Assembly: GCA_050012475.1 (NCBI GenBank) | Contig: JBEKHC010000104.1 | Location: forward strand, 1 to 16,670 | DNA: 16,670 nucleotides | Direction of reading: 5' to 3' | Source: Candidatus Velthaea sp. | GTDB lineage: Bacteria > Vulcanimicrobiota > Vulcanimicrobiia > Vulcanimicrobiales > Vulcanimicrobiaceae | In this document: positions 7,569-14,631 of the stretch, piece after piece | Position numbering within the stretch: position 1 is the first letter of the stretch | Layout: every line of letters starts with the position of its first letter | The notes under the pieces: generated by a model | Databases searched by the model: none | What the model saw: only the letters and a program-made list of their open reading frames with translations | What the model was told of the DNA's origin: nothing | Made by a program: the position numbers and the translations under genes

Positions 7569-8999
7569 TTAAGCGAGCTCAACCCGCGAGCGTTCACGGA
7601 ACTCCATCGACAACGGCACGCCCTCGAAGTCGAAATTCGAGCGCAGCACGTTTTCGAGAAAGCGTTTGTACGACGAGCCGAAGCCGTCGGGCTCGTTGCA
7701 GTGAAAAACGAACAGCGGCGGATGGGCCGCGACCTGGGCGCAGTAGAAGATTTTGAGCGCGCGCCCGGCGGCCATCGGCGGCGGATGCGCCAAGACGGCG
7801 TCGCGCACGACGGCGTTGAGCTTGGCGGTCGGGATTCGGCGGTCGAGATTGGCGGCGACCTTTAGGACGAGCGGCATCAGCGCGCCGAGTTTGCGTTTGG
7901 TCAGCGCGCTCAGAAACGTGACCGGTGCGAACGACGCGAACGGCACGAGCGCGTGTATTTCTTTGACGAGTTCGCCTTGCGAGTATTCGCCTTGTTCGCG
8001 CACGAGATCCCACTTGTTGCCGACGATGATGAGACCCTTGCGCTCTTCGAGTGCGATCCCCGCCAAACGCCGATCGGCATTGAGCGGACCCTGCATCGAG
8101 TCGATCAGCAAGAGCGCGATGTCGCAGCGCGCGATCGCTTTGAGCGACCGCAGCGAGCTGTAGTACTCCAGCGCGCCGTGTTTGGTCGCTTTGCGGCGCA
8201 CGCCCGCGGTATCGATGAGCCGGATGCGGTGTTCGTGAAACTGGAAAATCGTGTCGATCGCATCACGCGTCGTGCCCGGCACGTCGGACACGATTGCGCG
8301 TTCTTCGTTGAGCAGGGCGTTGAGCAGCGAACTTTTGCCGACATTGGGCTGACCGATGAGGGCGATCGAGAGCTCGCCCTCGGTTTCACCGCTCGTGCCG
8401 GGATCGGGCAGCCGCGCGACGATCTCGTCCAGCAGATCGCCCGTCCCCTCCCCGTGAATCGCCGAGACGGCGACGGGTTCACCGAAGCCCAGCCGCGCGA
8501 ACTCGCCGTAGATGGACATCTGCGCTTTAGGCGACTCGGCTTTGTTGGCGACGAGGATGACCGGACGCTTGTTGCGGCGCAAAATGCCGGCGACGTCGTC
8601 GTCGAGGGGTGAAAGCCCGGCGATGCTGTCGACCACGAACACGATCACGTCGGCGTCGCGGGCGGCGATCTCGGCTTGGGCCCGCGTCCCCGCGGCGATC
8701 GCGTCCGCCGGGTCGCTGTCGGTATCGATGCCGCCGGTGTCGACGAAGGTAAACGTCCGTCCTTGCCACTCGCCCAGCGCGTACAAGCGGTCGCGGGTGA
8801 CACCGGGGGTGTCCTCGACGATGGCCAGCCGTTGTCCGATGAGCCGGTTGAAGAGCGCGCTTTTCCCAACGTTGGGACGGCCGACGATCGCGACGGTCGC
8901 CGGTCGGATGCGCAGCGAAGCGCCACCCTCGAAGCCATCGGCGCGGGCGAGGTCGAGATCGTCGCCGAGCGCGATGTCGTCGAATGTCGAATCGGACAT
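7569..8999 (-). CDS. der: Ribosome biogenesis double GTPase Der (EngA)
   Basis: Two G domains ([42 protein letters not shown]) and a KH-like C-terminus (PP.F....N...[16 protein letters not shown]). Start at ATG 8999; the track's upstream extension is the shadow of the PEGA gene. Confidence 0.97.
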   Translation of the reverse strand: MSDSTFDDIALGDDLDLARADGFEGGASLRIRPATVAIVGRPNVGKSALFNRLIGQRLAIVEDTPGVTRDRLYALGEWQGRTFTFVDTGGIDTDSDPADAIAAGTRAQAEIAARDADVIVFVVDSIAGLSPLDDDVAGILRRNKRPVILVANKAESPKAQMSIYGEFARLGFGEPVAVSAIHGEGTGDLLDEIVARLPDPGTSGETEGELSIALIGQPNVGKSSLLNALLNEERAIVSDVPGTTRDAIDTIFQFHEHRIRLIDTAGVRRKATKHGALEYYSSLRSLKAIARCDIALLLIDSMQGPLNADRRLAGIALEERKGLIIVGNKWDLVREQGEYSQGELVKEIHALVPFASFAPVTFLSALTKRKLGALMPLVLKVAANLDRRIPTAKLNAVVRDAVLAHPPPMAAGRALKIFYCAQVAAHPPLFVFHCNEPDGFGSSYKRFLENVLRSNFDFEGVPLSMEFRERSRVELA

Positions 9000-9036
9000 G
9001 GTGAGCCGGTACGTTCGGCGAACCGCTGCGGTCGAC

Positions 9037-9786
9037 ATGTTCCTTCGTCTGGCGTCACTCGCCGCTTGCGCGTGCTTCTTTCTGCTGGGTGCCGTCCCGA
9101 CAGGTGCGCTGTACGTCACGACCTTGCCGACCAACGCCGACGTCTGGCTCGACGGGACGTACGTAGGACAGAGTCCGGTGGTCCTCGACGCGCTTTCGGC
9201 GGGCCGCCACACCGTGAGTTTGACGCGGACGGGCTGGATGTCGCAGGACATCGACGTGAGCGTGGTGGCGGGAACGACGGCGCTGTCGTCGGTGGTGCTC
9301 GCGCACGCGGGCTCGCGCGCCGTGCGCGGCAGCGACGGCTCGTTTTCGATCAAAGGGATGCCGGCGCGTTCGCTGCTGCTCGACGGCGTCGCGCTCACCC
9401 CGGATGCGACCGGCACGTACGTCGTCGCCAGCGGTACGCACCAAGTCGTCGCGCAAACCGCGGCCGGCCGGATGACCCGCACGATCACGATCTATCCCGA
9501 CATGCGCACCGATGTCATGCTGCGCGACGAAAGTGCCGCTCCGCATTCGGCGGTCGTCGCACCGACGTCGGTCTATCTGCCGGCAACGGCGGTCAAGATC
9601 GACGGCGTGCGCGTGACCATCCGCTACGAGCGGCATGCGGTCGACGCCGTGATCGGTTCGCCCAGTTACCGCTTTGACGGCCGGACCATGAGCTTCGACG
9701 TCGCGCCGACGCTGATCGGTGCCGAACTCTATTTGCCGCTCGAGTTGCTCAAAGCGCTCACCGCGAACGACGCCAAGGCGAATTGA
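9037..9786 (+). CDS. Secreted PEGA-domain protein with C-terminal copper-amine-oxidase N-terminal-like (stalk) domain
   Basis: Signal-peptide-like MFLRLASLAACACFFLLGA, a PEGA pattern (GALYVTTLPTNADVWLDG.YVG.SP......GRHTVSL...GW), a second degenerate beta repeat, and C-terminal IGS...FDG....DVAPTLIGAELYLPL. The stop is 1 nt before miaB. Confidence 0.78.
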   Translation: MFLRLASLAACACFFLLGAVPTGALYVTTLPTNADVWLDGTYVGQSPVVLDALSAGRHTVSLTRTGWMSQDIDVSVVAGTTALSSVVLAHAGSRAVRGSDGSFSIKGMPARSLLLDGVALTPDATGTYVVASGTHQVVAQTAAGRMTRTITIYPDMRTDVMLRDESAAPHSAVVAPTSVYLPATAVKIDGVRVTIRYERHAVDAVIGSPSYRFDGRTMSFDVAPTLIGAELYLPLELLKALTANDAKAN

Positions 9787-9787
9787 G

Positions 9788-11197
9788 ATGGCCGCGATCT
9801 ACATCGAAACGCACGGCTGTCAGATGAACGAAGCCGATTCACAGTATATCGCCGGCCGGGCGGCGAGCGCCGGCTACACGGTCGCCGAGAAACCCGAAGA
9901 CGCTTGCGTGCTGCTGCTCAACACCTGCACGGTGCGCGACAACGCGGAAACGCGCGCCTACGGCCGGATCGGGCAGTGGAAGGCGATGAAACTGGCTGAT
10001 CCGCGGGTCAAAATCGTGGTGGCCGGTTGTTTGGCCGAGCAGGATCGCGAGCGCATGCGAACGCTCGCGCCGCACGTCGACGCGATTTTCGGCACCAAAG
10101 AGTTACGCCGCTTGGGCGATGCGCTGGCGGCCTGGCGCGATGATTTCGGCGACGACGATACGACGCTGGCGCGCGAACTGCGTGCGCCGCTGGGCGGTGT
10201 CGGCGAAGGCGTCGCCGGGCCGTATGCGTTCTTGCGAGCGTTCGTCAACGTGCAGCGCGGCTGCTCGTACTACTGCACGTTCTGCATCGTGCCCCACGTT
10301 CGCGGCCGTTTCGACCATCGTCCGGCAGCCGAGATCGTCGCTGAGGTACGGCGCAACGTTGCTGCCGGCGCGCGCGAGATCACGCTCGTCGGCCAGACCG
10401 TCAACGCCTACCAGGAACCGGCAACCGGCGCGGATTTCGCCGGCTTGTGCGCGCAGGTGGCAGCGATCCCGGGAGTCGAGCGGCTTGCGTTCGTCACCTC
10501 GCATCCCAAAGACCTCAACGAACGGCTGGCGCGCGCGCTGGCGGCGATTCCGCAGATGAATCCGCGCTTTCATCTCGCGGTGCAGTCGGCCTCGAACGCG
10601 ATGCTGCGCCGGATGAACCGCAAGTACACGATCGAGGAGTATCGCGAGCGCGTCGGGATGTTCTTGGCGCACAATCCGGGCTGGGCGATGACGACCGACA
10701 TGATCGTCGGCTTCCCCGGAGAAACCGAAGCGGATTTCGAGCAGACGTTAGCACTGGCGGAAACCGGGATGTTCGCGCAGGCATACATGTTCGTGTATTC
10801 GCCGCGGCGCGGAACGCCGGCATCCCACTGGCCGCAGGTCGACGCCGCGGTCGCCGGAGCGCGGCTCAAGCGGCTGGCAGCCGCGCAGAACGCGGCGTGC
10901 CGCGCCTACCACGACCGCAAGATCGGTACGACCGTGCGCGCGCTCATCACGGGACCGTCCCGAAAAGACGCGACCATGCTCAGCGCCAAGACCACCGACA
11001 ACGTGACCGTCGTGTTTCCCACCGTCGAGGTTGCGCCGACGCCCGCGCAGCCGTGGGTCGACGTTCGGATCGAATCCGCGTTCGTTTGGGGCGTGAAAGG
11101 TACGGCGATCGGGCGCTGTGCTCGCTGGGACGAGCAGGCTCGGCCCGTCACGACGCTTGCGCGCGAGCGGTTCGTCGATTTACTCGAACACTGCTGA
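9788..11197 (+). CDS. miaB: tRNA-2-methylthio-N6-dimethylallyladenosine synthase MiaB (radical SAM methylthiotransferase)
   Basis: ETHGCQMNEADS, NTCTVR, AGCLA (UPF0004 cysteines), GCSYYCTFCIVP (CxxxCxxC), TSHP, IVGFPGETE.DF, YSPR.GTPA and a TRAM-like C-terminus. Start ATG 9788. Confidence 0.93.
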   Translation: MAAIYIETHGCQMNEADSQYIAGRAASAGYTVAEKPEDACVLLLNTCTVRDNAETRAYGRIGQWKAMKLADPRVKIVVAGCLAEQDRERMRTLAPHVDAIFGTKELRRLGDALAAWRDDFGDDDTTLARELRAPLGGVGEGVAGPYAFLRAFVNVQRGCSYYCTFCIVPHVRGRFDHRPAAEIVAEVRRNVAAGAREITLVGQTVNAYQEPATGADFAGLCAQVAAIPGVERLAFVTSHPKDLNERLARALAAIPQMNPRFHLAVQSASNAMLRRMNRKYTIEEYRERVGMFLAHNPGWAMTTDMIVGFPGETEADFEQTLALAETGMFAQAYMFVYSPRRGTPASHWPQVDAAVAGARLKRLAAAQNAACRAYHDRKIGTTVRALITGPSRKDATMLSAKTTDNVTVVFPTVEVAPTPAQPWVDVRIESAFVWGVKGTAIGRCARWDEQARPVTTLARERFVDLLEHC

Positions 11198-11257
11198 AAC
11201 GGGCGGGTGCATCGGGCGCTGAGGGACCTTTGACCGTGGCGCCGGGCCGTGCTCCTC

Positions 11258-11283
11258 GTTACAACCGTCGTCCGCGCGGGTAC
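11258..11283 (+). promoter_or_regulatory. Candidate SigB/SigF-type (general stress sigma) promoter
   Basis: GTTA-N16-GGGTAC ends 10 nt before GTG 11294 of an RsbW-like gene. It resembles the GTTT-N15-17-GGGTA consensus for SigB/SigF-type sigma factors. Confidence 0.5.
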
Positions 11284-11293
11284 CCCAGCGGGT

Positions 11294-11719
11294 GTGGCTG
11301 AATATCACGCCCGGTTTCCGAGCGCGTATGCGTCCGTAGGGAAAGCCCGACGGGCGGTGATTGCGTTCGCCCGCGAGTGGTTCAGCGGCGACGATTTGAG
11401 CGATATCGAGAGCGCGGTCGGCGAAGCCCTCGCCAATTGCGCCGAACACGGCCACGTCAGCGGCACCCACATCGAGGTTCGCTGCCGGTGCGACGGTCGC
11501 GACCTCACCGTCGAGATCGCCGACGCTGGCAAGGGGTTCGAGCGCTGGAACACCTGCGAATTCTGCAAGCCGCACGCGGCGGCGCCGCGCGGCTACGGCA
11601 CCTTCATCATGCGCCGGCTCATGGACGAGATCGAGTACACCGAACGTGGAACGCGGGTCCGGCTGCTCAAACGGCGTTCGGCCGCAGAGCGCGAACGGAG
11701 TGGTGAGCGCGCGGGCTGA
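11294..11719 (+). CDS. RsbW/SpoIIAB-like anti-sigma factor / Ser-Thr kinase (HATPase_c_2)
   Basis: FPS...SV..ARR.V, AVGEALANCAEHG (N box), EIADAGKGF (G1), RGYGTFIMRRLMDEI.Y (G2), GTRVRL. I prefer GTG 11294 over the track's 11249 because of domain length and promoter position. Confidence 0.88.
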   Translation: MAEYHARFPSAYASVGKARRAVIAFAREWFSGDDLSDIESAVGEALANCAEHGHVSGTHIEVRCRCDGRDLTVEIADAGKGFERWNTCEFCKPHAAAPRGYGTFIMRRLMDEIEYTERGTRVRLLKRRSAAERERSGERAG

Positions 11720-11737
11720 GCGCGCCCAAAGCTGCCG

Positions 11738-12034
11738 TTAGGCTCCCTCGGCTCGGGGGCGAAAGTTCACCTGGATGACGTTGTTTGCCGGTACGTGTGC
11801 GTCGCCGGTTGGCGCGTGCGCGTGTCCGGCGGTTTTCTCATGGCCGCACTCGTGGCAGACCTCGATGGCATCCTGAGTTTTCGCCTCGACCTCGAGCTGA
11901 GCCGCCAAGAGCGCATCGCGCGCGCCCGGTGACGCGTCGTGTTCGAGGACCGCTTCGGCTCGCGCCTTGGCCTCGACGGCGTCGCGCAGCTGATAGATCG
12001 CTTCGATTTTGCTCGGAGACGGTTCGCTCGCCAT
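11738..12034 (-). CDS. Hypothetical 98-aa protein (helical hairpin, CHECGH, His-rich linker, NVIQVNF tail)
   Basis: Fills the gap between the RsbW-like gene and mutS without overlap. Protein-like composition (amphipathic A/E/L/K helices) and G-rich first codon positions. Start ATG 12034; the track extends the frame to 12079. Confidence 0.7.
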   Translation of the reverse strand: MASEPSPSKIEAIYQLRDAVEAKARAEAVLEHDASPGARDALLAAQLEVEAKTQDAIEVCHECGHEKTAGHAHAPTGDAHVPANNVIQVNFRPRAEGA

Positions 12035-12116
12035 GCGCTGCTCTGTTTGACGCGCGGTTCGGCATGCCTCGCTCGGCACCGGCGAGAATGACTCGGGCGA
12101 TGTCGGGCGACCGCGC

Positions 12117-14618
12117 GTGAGCGAGACGAAATACTCTCCGATGCTCGAGCAGTACTTCGGGATGAAAGCGAAGCACCCCGAAGCGATTCTGCTCTCACGC
12201 GTCGGCGACTTTTACGAGGCGTACGGGGACGACGCGGAAGCCATCGCGCGCTGCCTGTCGATTGCGCTGACTTCAAAGGAAGCCGGGGGCGGCCAACGGG
12301 TGGCGATGGCGGGCGTCCCATATCATGCGCTCGACGGTTATCTAGCGAAGCTCGTCGCGCAACGCCGTGTCGTCGCGCTCGCCGAGCAGCTCGAAGCGCC
12401 GGTCCCCAACAAATTGGTGCGGCGCGACGTCGTGCGCGTGGTCACCCCGGGCACGTTGATCGAGGAACATCTGCTCGAACGCGGGGCCAATAATTTTCTG
12501 GCCGCCGTCACGGCCTACGACGACGTCGTCGCGCTTGCGCATGCCGACATCTCGACCGGATATGTTTTGGCGACGGCCTTCAGCGCCGAAAACTCGCTCG
12601 ACGAAGCGATCGCCGAGATTCTCCGGCTGGATCCCGCCGAACTGGTGGCCGACGTGCACGGCGACTTGCGCACGGCATTGGCGGCGGCGCTCGAACATGC
12701 GCGGACCCGGATCGCCACGCCGCTGTTGGCGATGGTCGACGGCCGCGTTCGCGACATCGTGCCGGGTTTTTCGCGCGATGAGTCGCTGGCGATGTATCGC
12801 GCGCTCGATGCGCTGGGCGCGTTCGTGCGGCGCGCCGGTTTCGCTCAGAGCGGCGGTGAGGCGCTGCGCGCGCCGCGGTTTTACGTGCAGTCCACTTTTT
12901 TGGCCCTCGACCCCAACGCACGCAAACATCTGGAACTGACCAAGGCGCTGGGCGCGAATCCGCGCGCGACATTGCTCGCGACGATCGACCGGGCGCGCAC
13001 GGCGATGGGTTCGCGCCTGCTCGGACGCTGGCTGTTGGCGCCGCTCGTCGAGCGCGGGGCGATCGAGTCGCGCGGCGATTGCGTCGAAGCGTTCGTGCGC
13101 GACGCCGTCCGGCGCAACGCGCTGCAAGACGTGCTGCACCGCTGCTTCGATCTCGAGCGCATCACCCAGAAGGTTCGCTTCCGGCGAGCGCTGCCGCGCG
13201 ACGTGGAATCGCTGCGCCGCACGCTGGGCTACCTCGATCCGATCGCCGACGCGTTGCATGCGGAGCATCTGCCGGCGCCCTTGCGCGCGCTGACCGAACG
13301 GCTGGGCGATTTTGGCGCATTGCGCGACGACGTGGCGGCGACGCTGGTCGCGGATCCGCCGGCGACGCTCGCCGACGGCGGCGTGATCCGGCCCGAGGCG
13401 TCGGCGGAACTTGCCGACTGCGTGAGCCTGCGCGGCGATGCGCGCTCGCGACTGGCCGCGCTCGAGGAACGCGAGCGCGAGCGCACCGGCATCAAGTCGC
13501 TGAAAATCAAATATGCGTCGGCCTTCGGCTACGCGATCGAAATCGGCAAAGCCAACGCCGCCAACGTTCCGGCCGATTACACGCGGCGTCAAACCTTGGC
13601 GAACGGCGAACGCTTCGTCACCCCCGAGCTGCGCGAACTCGACGTCGCGATCGCCAGCGCGCAAGCGCGTCAGCTGCGGCTGGAAACTGCGCTCTTCGAC
13701 GGTCTGGTCGAACGGATCGCCGAACGGGTCGAAGCGCTGCTGCACTGCGCCGAGGCGCTGGCGGAACTCGACGCGTACTGTTCGCTGGCGCAAGTCGCCG
13801 CCGAACGCGGCTACGTTCGCCCGGCGTTCGTCGACACCAGCGCGCTCGACATTGCCGACGGCCGCCATCCCGTCGTCGAAGCGCTGCTCGGCTCGACGTT
13901 CGTGCCCAACGACCTTCACCTGGGCAGCGCGAGCGCGCGCTTCATGCTCTTGACGGGGCCGAACATGGGCGGCAAATCGACGTATCTGCGGCAATCCGCG
14001 CTGCTGGTCATCCTGGCTCAAATCGGCTCGTTCATCCCGGCGGCCACGGCCACGCTGGGCGTGGTCGACCGCATCTTCACCCGTATCGGTGCGGGCGACG
14101 ATCTGGCCTCGGGCCAGTCGACGTTCTATATCGAAATGGCCGAAGCGGCAACGATCTTGCGCCGCTCGACCGAACGCAGTTTGCTGCTCATCGATGAGAT
14201 CGGTCGCGGGACCGGCACCGTCGACGGGTTGGCGATCGCGCAGGCGATCTGCGAATATTTGCTCGAACGCGAAGCGCACGGGCCGTTCGTGCTGTTCGCC
14301 ACGCACTTCCACGAACTCGTCGCGCTCGCCGACCGCTGGCCGCTGGTCGCGAATTTCCACATCACCGCCGTCGAGAACACCGCGCGCAACGGCGTGCCGG
14401 TCTTCTCGCACCGCGTCTTGCCGGGCAGCAGTTCGCGCTCGTTCGGGATCGAAGTCGCGCGCATGGCCGGTTTACCGCCGGCGGTCGTTTCGCGCGCAAA
14501 GGAGATCGCGGACGCGCTCGAAGGCCGGCCGACGCTCGAAGCGCAAGCGCCGCTGCGCGGCAAACTCGCCAAGACCGCCGTCTTCGAGCAACCGCTGCTG
14601 TTCGAGATGACGCCCTGA
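12117..14618 (+). CDS. mutS: DNA mismatch repair protein MutS (MutS1)
   Basis: SPML.QY...K, GDFYE mismatch-binding motif, MAGVP, RVVTPGT, TGPNMGGKSTY (Walker A), STF..EM, DEIGRGT, ATHFHEL, SFGI.VA.MAGLP and a C-terminal QPLLF clamp-binding-like motif. Confidence 0.98.
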   Translation: MSETKYSPMLEQYFGMKAKHPEAILLSRVGDFYEAYGDDAEAIARCLSIALTSKEAGGGQRVAMAGVPYHALDGYLAKLVAQRRVVALAEQLEAPVPNKLVRRDVVRVVTPGTLIEEHLLERGANNFLAAVTAYDDVVALAHADISTGYVLATAFSAENSLDEAIAEILRLDPAELVADVHGDLRTALAAALEHARTRIATPLLAMVDGRVRDIVPGFSRDESLAMYRALDALGAFVRRAGFAQSGGEALRAPRFYVQSTFLALDPNARKHLELTKALGANPRATLLATIDRARTAMGSRLLGRWLLAPLVERGAIESRGDCVEAFVRDAVRRNALQDVLHRCFDLERITQKVRFRRALPRDVESLRRTLGYLDPIADALHAEHLPAPLRALTERLGDFGALRDDVAATLVADPPATLADGGVIRPEASAELADCVSLRGDARSRLAALEERERERTGIKSLKIKYASAFGYAIEIGKANAANVPADYTRRQTLANGERFVTPELRELDVAIASAQARQLRLETALFDGLVERIAERVEALLHCAEALAELDAYCSLAQVAAERGYVRPAFVDTSALDIADGRHPVVEALLGSTFVPNDLHLGSASARFMLLTGPNMGGKSTYLRQSALLVILAQIGSFIPAATATLGVVDRIFTRIGAGDDLASGQSTFYIEMAEAATILRRSTERSLLLIDEIGRGTGTVDGLAIAQAICEYLLEREAHGPFVLFATHFHELVALADRWPLVANFHITAVENTARNGVPVFSHRVLPGSSSRSFGIEVARMAGLPPAVVSRAKEIADALEGRPTLEAQAPLRGKLAKTAVFEQPLLFEMTP

Positions 14619-14631
14619 AACCGGATCGCGG

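Noticed and set aside
8512..9488. Apparent long overlap between an extended der ORF (to 9488) and an extended PEGA ORF (from 8512)
   Set aside because: Each extension is the stop-free antisense of the other gene. The recognisable domains begin after ATG 8999 (der) and ATG 9037 (PEGA).
11738..12034. Small protein as a YmcA/RicA homologue because of its position between miaB and mutS
   Set aside because: It is on the opposite strand, shorter, and has no recognisable YlbF/YmcA similarity. Position alone is insufficient.
12093..12110. Tandem TCGGGCGA repeat with 10-bp period upstream of mutS
   Set aside because: Only two copies of a GC-rich 8-mer. It could be an operator but cannot be told from chance without conservation data.
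12342..14411. 689-aa ORF antisense to mutS, and other long antisense or alternate-frame ORFs (3874-4770, 14362-15495, 14472-15827, 6960-7865, 2032-2751)
   Set aside because: They overlap well-supported genes, have shadow-like or Arg/Ala-rich composition and show no motifs. Such ORFs are expected in high-GC DNA with strong codon bias.
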